Positions 46,995 to 56,596 of a DNA stretch of 64,000 bases are shown here, piece by piece. The notes below the pieces were generated by a model. It did not search any database. It was not told the origin of the DNA and was given only the letters and a program-made list of their open reading frames with translations. Origin of the DNA: an uncultured virus (IMG/VR IMGVR_UViG_3300046007_013272) (lineage: Duplodnaviria; Heunggongvirae; Uroviricota; Caudoviricetes); IMG/VR virus record IMGVR_UViG_3300046007_013272; one strand, written 5' to 3'. Both the position numbers and the translations under genes were made by a program. Position 1 is the stretch's first letter; every line of letters starts with the position of its first letter.

Positions 46995-48101
46995 ATGAAT
47001 AATACTATGGCTAATAAAGAATTATCAAGTCAGATTACTGACAGAATAGTTACTGTAGATCAGTTACTGAACGCACACGATATCTCATTAGAGTATTGGG
47101 AAATAGAAAAACAAATTGTTAACTCTTGGGAAGTTGGAGCTAAAACACCAGATGGTGTAATTGCTACAACCCCTCTCTTCCAAGTAAAAATTTGGCTTAG
47201 AAGCAAAATTGAATCTAAAAGATTAGATGAAATTAAAGCCGAGTTTATTGAAGATTTACAAGCTCTATCTCCGGTTGTTAAAAAAATTGAATATAAAAAT
47301 GTAAGTAGTAAACCTAAAAAAATGGTTGAAATTAACATTTTTGACCTTCACTTGGGTAAATTTGCTTGGAGAGAAGAAACTAATCAGGATTACGATTTAA
47401 AAATTGCAATGGGTATTTTTAACGATTGCATTGATCATTTTGTTGAGTCTGTTAAAAATGTAAACGTTGATAGATTTGTAGTTCCAATTGGCAACGATTT
47501 TTTTAACTCGGATTATTCTTACCCTTACAACCGTACTACAAAAGGTACACCACAGGAAAACGATACTCGTTGGCAACACATTTTTAGAAAAGGCCGTCAA
47601 TTATTAATTGAGAATATCAACAAGCTTACTCAAATCGCTCCAGTTGATATTATTATGATCCCGGGTAACCACGATTACGAGAAAATTTTCTATTTAGGTG
47701 ACTCATTACAGGGTTGGTTTCACAACAACGAGAATGTAAACGTGAATAACCTTGCAGCTCCTAGAAAATACTACAAATACGAAGATATTTTATTAGGTTT
47801 TACTCACGGAGATAAAGAAAAAGTAAATGACCTTCCTCTTATTATGGCTCAAGAAAACCCATTAGAATGGGGAGCTACAAAATATAGAGAATTTCATTTA
47901 GGACATATCCACCATAAACAGGAAATCAAATACAAATCAGCCCACGAATATAGTGGTGTTATAATTCGTTATATGAGCTCACTTTCAGGAAACGACGCTT
48001 GGCATTACAGCCATGGCTACGTTGGTTCAAAGCGCTCAGCTGAATGTCTTGTTTGGGATGGTAAAAAGGGTCTAGATCAGCAAATTTACTTCACTTTATA
48101 A
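46995..48101 (+). CDS. calcineurin-like metallophosphoesterase
   Basis: DLHLGK, GND, GNHD, HGD and GHIHH motifs. Confidence 0.9.
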   Translation: MNNTMANKELSSQITDRIVTVDQLLNAHDISLEYWEIEKQIVNSWEVGAKTPDGVIATTPLFQVKIWLRSKIESKRLDEIKAEFIEDLQALSPVVKKIEYKNVSSKPKKMVEINIFDLHLGKFAWREETNQDYDLKIAMGIFNDCIDHFVESVKNVNVDRFVVPIGNDFFNSDYSYPYNRTTKGTPQENDTRWQHIFRKGRQLLIENINKLTQIAPVDIIMIPGNHDYEKIFYLGDSLQGWFHNNENVNVNNLAAPRKYYKYEDILLGFTHGDKEKVNDLPLIMAQENPLEWGATKYREFHLGHIHHKQEIKYKSAHEYSGVIIRYMSSLSGNDAWHYSHGYVGSKRSAECLVWDGKKGLDQQIYFTL

Positions 48102-48113
48102 TATTTATGGCAT

Positions 48114-48761
48114 ATGAGTGCCATGGATAAACAAAAAATCTCAGAACAGAAAAGCTGCAGTTGTGGTTGTGGGGGTTGCTCTAAAGCTCCTATGTTAAAT
48201 GAACAACTCGTAGCACGCACTGGGCTGTCTGAAGGTATACTTTACCATATAGACAATAAAAAACCGCTTACAGAACATCTATTTCGTGCCGGGTCCGAGA
48301 AATATTTTAAATTGTGGGAAGAAGCAAGAATGCTTTACTCTCGTGATCTTTTAGAAGTAAAAGGTGATGATTTAGATATTCTTATAGAAACAGACTTAGG
48401 ACATTTTGGAGAATATAATGGTCAAAGAGTTCCTTTAGATTTTATCTTTGAAGAAATAGAAGAAATAAACGAGGCTGATAAGAAAAAGAAAAACCCTCCA
48501 ATTGGTAAACCAAAACGTGGTGGCTCTAAAAAATTCTACGTTTATGTAAGAAAACCAGGTGGCGGAATTAAAAAAGTATCATTTGGTGATACAACAGGTT
48601 TATCAGCTAAGATAAATAACCCACAAGCACGTAAAGCGTTTTCTGCTCGACACGATTGCCCCAATAAAAAAGATAGAACAAAAGCCTCATATTGGAGCTG
48701 CCGTTTACCACGTTATGCTAAACTTTTAGGACTCAAATCAAACTTCTCAGGATTCTGGTAA
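48114..48761 (+). CDS. two-module phage protein (C-terminal KKVSFGD...ARHDC...YWSC basic module)
   Basis: Modules separated by IEEINEA; recurrent phage motif. Confidence 0.65.
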   Translation: MSAMDKQKISEQKSCSCGCGGCSKAPMLNEQLVARTGLSEGILYHIDNKKPLTEHLFRAGSEKYFKLWEEARMLYSRDLLEVKGDDLDILIETDLGHFGEYNGQRVPLDFIFEEIEEINEADKKKKNPPIGKPKRGGSKKFYVYVRKPGGGIKKVSFGDTTGLSAKINNPQARKAFSARHDCPNKKDRTKASYWSCRLPRYAKLLGLKSNFSGFW

Positions 48762-48762
48762 T

Positions 48763-49119
48763 ATGGAAAAATTAATCTCTTACTTATTTCACTCTCAAAC
48801 TCAAGTGCATATTTTTCACTTGCAAACTACTTCATTTGCTGAACATAAAGCATTACAAGGTTATTATGAGGGTATTGACGATTTAGTTGATGGTTTAGTA
48901 GAAACTTATCAAGGTAAATATGGTATTATAAACGGGTATACTACTTTTCAAATGTTAGGTTATACTAATAAACAACAAATAATTACTTATTTTGAAGCTT
49001 TAGCTAAAACAGTTGGTATTTTAAGACAACCTGTAGAAGATTCATACTTACAAAATCAGATCGATGAAATCATGACTTTGATTGAGTCTACTCTTTATAA
49101 ATTAAAATATTTGAATTGA
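48763..49119 (+). CDS. ferritin/Dps-like four-helix protein (DUF5856-like)
   Basis: HIFHLQT..FAEHKAL..YYE...D.LVETYQG...TLYKL. Confidence 0.75.
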   Translation: MEKLISYLFHSQTQVHIFHLQTTSFAEHKALQGYYEGIDDLVDGLVETYQGKYGIINGYTTFQMLGYTNKQQIITYFEALAKTVGILRQPVEDSYLQNQIDEIMTLIESTLYKLKYLN

Positions 49120-49391
49120 GGCCTTACAAAGATTTAGAGGTAACAGACCAAAACATTATAAGAGAGTTCGATGAGAATATAGATCCCATCGAACTCCTTT
49201 GGCATCGTGATGATGAAGGACGTCTTATTACAATTTTAGAAGTAGGTAAAGGTTGGGCTTTTCAATTAGATGATAACTTACCTACTGAACTAGAACTAGG
49301 GATGCGAATATTTATCCCAAGACACCAATGGCACAGAGCTATAAAAGGTGAAGGTAAGTTACTAATATCAATTGAAAAAATAGATGGCTAA
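49116..49391 (+). CDS. small cupin-fold protein
   Basis: LLWHRDDE...W.FQLD..LP...IP..QWHR.IKG. Confidence 0.7.
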   Translation: MRPYKDLEVTDQNIIREFDENIDPIELLWHRDDEGRLITILEVGKGWAFQLDDNLPTELELGMRIFIPRHQWHRAIKGEGKLLISIEKIDG

Positions 49392-49527
49392 AATTAAGGC
49401 ACAAACCGCCAACACGTTCCAAGAAAAACCCGAAGTCAACAGACCAGGTGTTCATGCTAAAACTAAGACATCAAATCTTAAATCAAGTAAACTTTACAAA
49501 AAAGCTTACAGAGGACAAGGAAAATAA
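49384..49527 (+). CDS. small basic protein ending YRGQGK
   Basis: Read by eye, 47 aa; recurrent phage C-terminal motif. Confidence 0.65.
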   Translation: MAKIKAQTANTFQEKPEVNRPGVHAKTKTSNLKSSKLYKKAYRGQGK

Positions 49528-49785
49528 ATGAATGAGCAGGTAATTATAATATCTTTTTTTATAATTTATCTTACTTTTCACTTCGGAGCAGGTGTGTATT
49601 ATACAATCAGGAAAAATGGCAAAATCAGAAGCAAAAAGAATAAAAGGCAAAAAGCCGGTTAATAAAAAAACACAACTTAAATTTGCAAAAAGAATAGCCG
49701 AAAATCAGGCAATCTTAAGTAAATTAAGTAAATAAACTTACAGACGGATTCATAGCCCGTCGAAAATTTTTTAAAATTTTTTTAG

Positions 49786-49823
49786 AGAGCTGTGGCCTCA
49801 ATTTTGAGGCTACGGCTTTTTTT
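49786..49823 (+). terminator. intrinsic terminator
   Basis: AGAGCTGTGGCCTCA/TGAGGCTACGGCTTT hairpin plus T tract. Confidence 0.7.
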
Positions 49824-49851
49824 ATTATCTTAATGTGTAATAAGTAAAAAT

Positions 49852-51216
49852 ATGGAAAAACAAATTGTAATCGTAGGTGCAGGTGTAGCAGGAGTGAATG
49901 CTGCTACTAAGCTTGTAGACAAAGGTTATCCTGGTGAACTAATCACAATCATTGATATGGGTAAAGACCCATACAATCGCAAACCAGAAGAAGTAATGAC
50001 TGGTTTCTTGGGTGCAGGTGGTTGGTCTGATGGTAAACTAACTTATCACACAGCAATTGGAGGTCAATTGTCTAAGTATTGTGGTGAGGAAAAAGCAATG
50101 GAATTGATGGATCAAGTCATCACCAATTTTAAGCGTTTCCATCCTAAACCAGAGGAAGTACAGTGTTCAAACCCAGAATCAGAACCAGAATTTATTAAAC
50201 CATATTTCGGTTTACGATTGTTTCCCGTTTGGCACGTAGGTACAGATTATCTATCTGAAATCGCTAAAAACTGGTACGATTATTTAGTGTCTAAAGGAGT
50301 AGAGTTTAAATGGGAAACTAAAGTAACCAGTATCAATTTTAGACACAACGAGGTTGTAATGCATTCGGTTAAACCTGAATTTGCAACTATGGATAATGAT
50401 TCCATTTTTTACGATGAACTTATTTTTGCAGTAGGTAAATCAGGTATTGACTTTGCTCAAGAGCTAGCCCACCAATACGAATTACCAGACGAACCCAAAT
50501 CAGTCCAGATTGGAGTTCGATTTGAAGCACCACAAAAACACTTCCAAAAACTAATCGACATTTCATACGACTTTAAGTTGTATCGCAAATTTGAAGATAA
50601 AGGTGTTTCGCTTCGCTCATTCTGTACAAACAATAACGCAGCTTATGTTGCTGTAGAAGAAACATATGGTGATCACAGCTACAATGGTCACGCTAAAAAA
50701 GACATGCGTTACCGAAACGATATGACCAATTTTGGTATCTTGATGGAAATTAATGGTATTGAAGATCCATTTGCTTGGTCGCGTGATGTTGTAAACAAGC
50801 TCCAGTTTAATGGTACTGGTTTGTATTATTCACCTACTCGAGTTCCTTCAACTACCTCAGAAGGTAATGGAGTATCTGCTTATCAAATTGAATTTTTAAG
50901 TGGAGTAGAACATGTAATGGGTGAGTATTGGACTTACATTATGGACTTTATCGAGGATATGAAAAAAGTATTCCCAACATTAGAAGATGATTGGGGTATT
51001 TACATTCCTGAAGTAAAATATCTATCTCCTGAACCACTTGTAAACTACCGCAACTTGTCTCTTACCAAGTTCTCAAATGTACACTTTGTAGGTGATGCAT
51101 TAAGTGCTCGTGGTATTACAGTATCAGGAGCTCAAGCAATTTATGTTGCCGAAGACATTCTCTCTTATTATCTTAGAGACAAAGAATACCCAGAATTTAT
51201 TAGCCATTACGTATGA
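49852..51216 (+). CDS. FAD-dependent oxidoreductase (uncharacterised NAD(FAD) dehydrogenase family)
   Basis: IVGAGVAG, GAGGWSDGKL, HVGTD, GVRFE and FVGD...RGI motifs. Confidence 0.88.
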   Translation: MEKQIVIVGAGVAGVNAATKLVDKGYPGELITIIDMGKDPYNRKPEEVMTGFLGAGGWSDGKLTYHTAIGGQLSKYCGEEKAMELMDQVITNFKRFHPKPEEVQCSNPESEPEFIKPYFGLRLFPVWHVGTDYLSEIAKNWYDYLVSKGVEFKWETKVTSINFRHNEVVMHSVKPEFATMDNDSIFYDELIFAVGKSGIDFAQELAHQYELPDEPKSVQIGVRFEAPQKHFQKLIDISYDFKLYRKFEDKGVSLRSFCTNNNAAYVAVEETYGDHSYNGHAKKDMRYRNDMTNFGILMEINGIEDPFAWSRDVVNKLQFNGTGLYYSPTRVPSTTSEGNGVSAYQIEFLSGVEHVMGEYWTYIMDFIEDMKKVFPTLEDDWGIYIPEVKYLSPEPLVNYRNLSLTKFSNVHFVGDALSARGITVSGAQAIYVAEDILSYYLRDKEYPEFISHYV

Positions 51217-51485
51217 AAAAAGAAACAATTTACGAAGAAAAAAGAATGAAATCTAAAGGAGCACATCACTACTTCTTTAGAGAAAGCGGAAGCGAAGCTT
51301 GGAAATATCATAACTGGGAAGGGCCTGCAGTTCAACCTATTGAAGGAGAAGAAAGTGAGCTTAAGAAAGAATATTATTTATACGGGAAACAATTAACCCT
51401 TGAAGAATGGAGCCAAGCACGCAAAGATAGAGAAGGCTTACCTTGGTATAAAAATGCTTCAATGAAAGGAACTACAAGATTTTAA
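51213..51485 (+). CDS. hypothetical protein
   Basis: HNWEGPA...EYYLYG motif. Confidence 0.7.
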   Translation: MKKETIYEEKRMKSKGAHHYFFRESGSEAWKYHNWEGPAVQPIEGEESELKKEYYLYGKQLTLEEWSQARKDREGLPWYKNASMKGTTRF

Positions 51486-51865
51486 TGGGTCACAAATATC
51501 AACCAATTCCACGTAAAGGAGATATTCACAAGAAAGCTTGGGGACACGAGCTTTGGATTGTTAATCACGAAGCATATTGTGGTAAGCTACTTGTATTTGA
51601 AAAAGGTAAAAAATTTTCAATGCACTACCATTTGATTAAAGAAGAATCATGGTACGTAGCTGAAGGAGAATTTGAATATAGCTGGATTGACACTGAAAAA
51701 GCCTCAGTACAATCAACTATTATCTCTCAAGGAGATGTTGTAGATTTAGAGATTGGACAACCTCACCAATTAAAAGCACTTACTCAAGGTGCGACAATTT
51801 TTGAGGTATCCACTAAACATTACGAAGAAGATAGTTATAGAGTATTTAAAGGAGATAGTCAATGA
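51485..51865 (+). CDS. cupin-domain protein (sugar-isomerase-like)
   Basis: KAWGHE.W...YCGKLL...SMHYH..KEESW...H...EVST...DSYR. Confidence 0.85.
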   Translation: MGHKYQPIPRKGDIHKKAWGHELWIVNHEAYCGKLLVFEKGKKFSMHYHLIKEESWYVAEGEFEYSWIDTEKASVQSTIISQGDVVDLEIGQPHQLKALTQGATIFEVSTKHYEEDSYRVFKGDSQ

Positions 51866-52392
51866 AAATAGGTTTTTGTGGTACTATGAGTGTAGGTAAA
51901 ACTACACTTGTAAATGCATTAAAAGAGTTACCGGAATTTAAGGATTATATGTTTAGAACTGAACGTTCTAAATACTTAATGGAGATGGGAATCCCTTTAA
52001 ATACAGATTCCACATTAAAGGGTCAATGTGTGTTCCTAGCAGAACGTGCTAGTGAATTAATGCACGATAACATTATTACAGATCGTACTATTATTGATAT
52101 TATCTCATTTGCACGAGCAGCTAAATCAATAAATTATAATGATGCTGAAGATTTTGCTAATCTAGCTGCTAATTTACTCCCAGAATACGATTATATATTT
52201 TATGTATCACCCGAAGGAGTAGAAATGGAGGATAATGGTGTTCGAGAAACTGATCTTGAATATAGAAACTTAATTAATTTTATTATTCAAAGTACTATAT
52301 CTAAGTATAAACACAGAATAAAAAATTATTGTGAAATTAAAGGTGATACTGAAGAACGAATAAAGCAGGTGAAGAAGGCGCTTTCTTTGTAA
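51862..52392 (+). CDS. AAA_28/NadR-like nucleotide kinase
   Basis: GTMSVGKTT, ITDRTIID and EDNGVR motifs. Confidence 0.82.
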   Translation: MKIGFCGTMSVGKTTLVNALKELPEFKDYMFRTERSKYLMEMGIPLNTDSTLKGQCVFLAERASELMHDNIITDRTIIDIISFARAAKSINYNDAEDFANLAANLLPEYDYIFYVSPEGVEMEDNGVRETDLEYRNLINFIIQSTISKYKHRIKNYCEIKGDTEERIKQVKKALSL

Positions 52393-52414
52393 TATTTATA
52401 AAGAAAACACACTA

Positions 52415-52765
52415 ATGAATTGGATAAAAAATAATCCACAATTTGTAGTTATTATTATTTTAGTATTAACTATGATTTTTCAACATTTATTTTTAAGTAA
52501 TTCGTATAAAAAAGAATACGAAAGACTACTTAAAGAGCAGGAAAAAAAATACGAACAACAAATAGACGAATTACATAGTTCAAACGACTCTATTTTAGCA
52601 TTAAATGATCGTATAAAAGATAGAATAGCTCAAATAAATAAAGATATTACAAAAAAAGAAGCCGAATTAATTAAATTAAAGAAACAAAATGCTAAGAACA
52701 CTGCTAAGCTTAATGCTATGTCTGATACTGAGCTTTCCAGCACTTTCACAGAACTCTTCAACTGA
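52415..52765 (+). CDS. membrane-anchored coiled-coil protein (i-spanin-like)
   Basis: N-terminal transmembrane helix plus long coiled coil. Confidence 0.5.
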   Translation: MNWIKNNPQFVVIIILVLTMIFQHLFLSNSYKKEYERLLKEQEKKYEQQIDELHSSNDSILALNDRIKDRIAQINKDITKKEAELIKLKKQNAKNTAKLNAMSDTELSSTFTELFN

Positions 52766-53081
52766 CCTAATCTCAGTTCCTCGCTCAACAATTGTTAATG
52801 CTATTACAAAATATAACGATTGTAAACTTGAACTCCAATATAGTCAAGAAAAATTATTTGCTACTGAAACTAAAGTAAAGTTACAAATAGAACAAATAGA
52901 AAATTTAAGTAATCTTATTCAAAATAAAGAAGTTGAAATAACTACTTTAGGTGAGATTATAAAATTAAAAGAAAGCGAAATCAAAGCTTTAAAACAAGCT
53001 AAAAAAGCAAAGTTTTGGAATGGGACTATGATAGGATTTGGAAGTGGAGTTGTAACAATGTTCTCTATACTTCAACTATAA
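52689..53081 (+). CDS. secreted/membrane coiled-coil protein (spanin-partner-like)
   Basis: Signal peptide, coiled coil and C-terminal hydrophobic segment; overlaps the upstream gene. Confidence 0.45.
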   Translation: MLRTLLSLMLCLILSFPALSQNSSTDLISVPRSTIVNAITKYNDCKLELQYSQEKLFATETKVKLQIEQIENLSNLIQNKEVEITTLGEIIKLKESEIKALKQAKKAKFWNGTMIGFGSGVVTMFSILQL

Positions 53082-53085
53082 TACT

Positions 53086-54654
53086 ATGAGTGATAGTAAT
53101 TTAAGACAAATAATCCAACAAGAATATATTAAGTGTGCTACTGACCCAGCACACTTTATGCGTAAATATTGTTATATTCAACACCCACAAAGAGGTAGGG
53201 TGTATTTTAATTTATATCCTTTCCAAGAAAAGGCATTACACCTTTGGAGAGATAACCCATACTCAGTTGTACTTAAATCTCGTCAGTTAGGCATTTCAAC
53301 CTTAGCCGCAGGTTATTCTTTATGGTTAATGTTATTCCATAAAGATAAAAACGTACTCTGTATCGCAACTAAACAGGAAACTGCTCGTAACATGGTTACG
53401 AAAGTAAAATTCATGTTTGATAATCTACCTTCATGGTTAAAAATAACAGCAGACGAAAACAATAAATTATCCCTTCGATTAAGTAACGGATCTCAAATTA
53501 AAGCAACTTCAGCATCAAGTGATGCAGGTCGATCAGAAGCAGTATCTCTTCTGTTGATTGACGAGGCTGCGTTTATTGAAGGAATTGGAGAAATATGGGC
53601 ATCAGCACAACAAACACTAGCAACGGGTGGTGGAGCAATAGTACTTTCTACCCCTTATGGAACTGGAAACTGGTTCCACCAGACATGGGTGAGAGCGGAA
53701 TCGGGAGAGAACGACTTCTTACCTATCAAATTACCTTGGTTTGTACACCCTGAACGAGATGAAGCTTGGCGAAAACGACAAGACGAATTACTTGGTGACC
53801 CTAGATTAGCAGCACAAGAATGTGACTGTGACTTTAGCACTTCAGGTGATGTAGTATTCTACCCAGAGTGGTTAGAATTTATTAAAGAAACTACTATTAA
53901 AGATCCAGTTGAAAGACGAGGTGTAGACCAAAATTTATGGGTTTGGGAACCTGCTGATTATTCTAGAGATTATATGGTATTAGCAGACGTTGCTCGTGGT
54001 GATGGTAAAGACTTTTCTACATTCCACGTAATTGATATTGAAACTAATATACAAGTAGCAGAATATAAGGGTCAATTACCTACTAGAGAATTTGGTTTTC
54101 TTTTAGTAGCAATTGCTACTGAATACAATAACGCACTTCTTGTTATTGAAAACGCTTCAATTGGTTGGGCAACTATTGAAGCCGTAATAGAAAGAGGATA
54201 TAGAAACCTCTATCACTCACCTAAGAGTGATCAATTAACAGCTGAGTCGTATCTTAAATCATATGAAAATGACTCAAATATGGTTCCTGGTTTTACAATG
54301 TCAATGAGAACCCGACCATTAGTAGTTAATAAATTTAGAGAGTTCGTGGGAGATAAAAGTGTAACTATTCGTTCAAAGCGTTTACTTGAAGAAATGAAAG
54401 TATTTGTTTGGAAGAATGGTCGTCCCGAAGCTCAAACAGGGTATAATGATGACTTAGTAATGCCATTTGGCATTGGTATGTTCTTAAGAGATACCTCACT
54501 TAAATTCCAACAACAAAACTTAGATCTAACTCGAAGTGCTTTAAATAACATTCAAAGAAGAGATCAACCACAATTCGCATACGGCCGTCAAATTGAAAAT
54601 CCTTATAACCATAAAGTAAATGGGCAAAATGAGGATTTAAGATGGTTGTTATAA
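53086..54654 (+). CDS. terL: terminase large subunit (T4 gp17-like)
   Basis: LKSRQLGIST, LLIDEAAF, STPYG, DVARG and DDLVM motifs. Confidence 0.95.
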   Translation: MSDSNLRQIIQQEYIKCATDPAHFMRKYCYIQHPQRGRVYFNLYPFQEKALHLWRDNPYSVVLKSRQLGISTLAAGYSLWLMLFHKDKNVLCIATKQETARNMVTKVKFMFDNLPSWLKITADENNKLSLRLSNGSQIKATSASSDAGRSEAVSLLLIDEAAFIEGIGEIWASAQQTLATGGGAIVLSTPYGTGNWFHQTWVRAESGENDFLPIKLPWFVHPERDEAWRKRQDELLGDPRLAAQECDCDFSTSGDVVFYPEWLEFIKETTIKDPVERRGVDQNLWVWEPADYSRDYMVLADVARGDGKDFSTFHVIDIETNIQVAEYKGQLPTREFGFLLVAIATEYNNALLVIENASIGWATIEAVIERGYRNLYHSPKSDQLTAESYLKSYENDSNMVPGFTMSMRTRPLVVNKFREFVGDKSVTIRSKRLLEEMKVFVWKNGRPEAQTGYNDDLVMPFGIGMFLRDTSLKFQQQNLDLTRSALNNIQRRDQPQFAYGRQIENPYNHKVNGQNEDLRWLL

Positions 54655-54666
54655 TATTTATTAGAT

Positions 54667-56559
54667 ATGGCACAAACTGATATATTTTCAAGGTTAAGAA
54701 GACTCTTCTCTACGGACGTTATTATTCGTAGTGAAGGAGATGGTCAATTAAAAGTTATTGACCCAGATAGAATTCAAACCACAGGTGAATTCCAAACCAA
54801 CTCAGTTGTAGATAGATTTGGTAAAATTTATACCAACCCCGCAGCTACATCTCTTTTAGCACAACAATTTAACCTTAACTATCAATATTATAGAACTTAT
54901 CTATATGGTGATTACGATCAGATGGATACAGATGCAATTATTGCTTCTGCTCTTGATATTGTAGCGGACGAATGTACCCTAAAAAATGATATGGGTGAGG
55001 TACTTCAAATTAGAAGTAGTGATGAAGATATTCAAAAAACTTTATACAATTTATTCTATGATGTTTTAAATATCGAATTCAACCTATGGTCTTGGATTCG
55101 TCAAATGTGTAAGTATGGTGATTTCTTTATCAAATTAGAAATTGCAGAAAAATTCGGAGTATACAATGTTATTCCTTATACTGCTTACCACATTCAAAGA
55201 AAAGAAAATTTTGACCCTAAAAACCCATCTAAAGTAGAATTCCTCTACAACCCAGATGGTTACTTTACTGGAGGTTCTGGTTACTATGCTACTCCAAATG
55301 AAAAAATAGATACGGCTAATCAAATTAAATTTGACAATTATGAGATTGCTCACTTTCGTTTAATTACGGATGTAAATTATCTTCCTTATGGTCGTTCTTA
55401 CTTAGAACCAGCACGTCGTTTATTTAAGCAATATGTGTTAATGGAAGATGCGATGCTTATTCACAGAATTGCTCGCGCCCCAGAAAAACGTGTTTTCTAT
55501 ATTAACGTAGGTAACATCCCACCACAAGAAGTTGATGCTTTCATGCAGAAGACAATCAACAATATGAAGAAAACTCCGTTAATGGATCCCAATACTGGTG
55601 AATATAACTTAAAATATAACATGCAGAATATCCTTGAGGATTTCTTCATTCCAGTAAGAGGTAATGACACGGCAACTAAAATCGATACTACAAAAGGTCT
55701 AGAATACAATGGTATTGAAGACGTTGCTTACTTAAGAGACAAATTATTTGCTGCTCTTAAGGTACCTAAAGCGTTTATGGGTTACGAGAAAGATTTGACA
55801 GGTAAAGCTACATTAGCTGCTGAAGATATTCGATTTGCTCGTACAATTGAACGTATCCAAAAGATTGTATTATCTGAATTGTATAAAATTGGTTTAGTAC
55901 ACTTATACACACAAGGATATGATGGAGAACAATTAACTAATTTCGAGTTAAGTTTAACTACTCCTTCAATTATTTACGATCAGGAAAAAATTGCATTATT
56001 AAAAGAAAAAGTAGCATTAGCTAAAGATATTTTAGATAGTAAAATCCTTCCAACAGATTGGATTTACGATAATGTGTTCCACTTCAGTGAAGATCAATTC
56101 GATGAATATAGAGATCTTATTATTGAAGACCAAAAACGTGCTTTCCGTAATCAACAAATTGCTGATGAAGGTAATGACCCATTAGAAACAGGTAAATCTT
56201 ATGGTACCCCACACGATTTAGCTTCTTTATATGGTAAAGGAAGATATGAAGCTAACTCAGTACCTGATGGATATGATGAAAAAGTACCATTAGGCCGCCC
56301 TGAAGAAAAATCATCAGATAGAAATACTCAAGATGATAATTTTGGTAAGGATAGATTAGGTGTTAAGTCAATGAAAGTTGACGACCAAGAAGAATTTGGT
56401 AGAACTAATTTTAAAGGTGGATCACCTTTAGCCTTAGAAAATGCTAAATCAGTATTCGCTAAAAACAGAACGTTAATTGAAAGTTTATCTAAACAATTAG
56501 TGTTTGAAAGTGACAAAAATAAAGAGTCATTATTAGATGAATCTAATTTAACTGAGTAA
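54667..56559 (+). CDS. gp20: portal protein (T4 gp20-like)
   Basis: LMEDAMLIHRIARAPEKRVFYINVGN...EDFFIPVRG...LFAALKVP. Confidence 0.95.
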   Translation: MAQTDIFSRLRRLFSTDVIIRSEGDGQLKVIDPDRIQTTGEFQTNSVVDRFGKIYTNPAATSLLAQQFNLNYQYYRTYLYGDYDQMDTDAIIASALDIVADECTLKNDMGEVLQIRSSDEDIQKTLYNLFYDVLNIEFNLWSWIRQMCKYGDFFIKLEIAEKFGVYNVIPYTAYHIQRKENFDPKNPSKVEFLYNPDGYFTGGSGYYATPNEKIDTANQIKFDNYEIAHFRLITDVNYLPYGRSYLEPARRLFKQYVLMEDAMLIHRIARAPEKRVFYINVGNIPPQEVDAFMQKTINNMKKTPLMDPNTGEYNLKYNMQNILEDFFIPVRGNDTATKIDTTKGLEYNGIEDVAYLRDKLFAALKVPKAFMGYEKDLTGKATLAAEDIRFARTIERIQKIVLSELYKIGLVHLYTQGYDGEQLTNFELSLTTPSIIYDQEKIALLKEKVALAKDILDSKILPTDWIYDNVFHFSEDQFDEYRDLIIEDQKRAFRNQQIADEGNDPLETGKSYGTPHDLASLYGKGRYEANSVPDGYDEKVPLGRPEEKSSDRNTQDDNFGKDRLGVKSMKVDDQEEFGRTNFKGGSPLALENAKSVFAKNRTLIESLSKQLVFESDKNKESLLDESNLTE

Positions 56560-56596
56560 GAATCCTGATATATTTATAAGAAATCCTGATTTAGGA

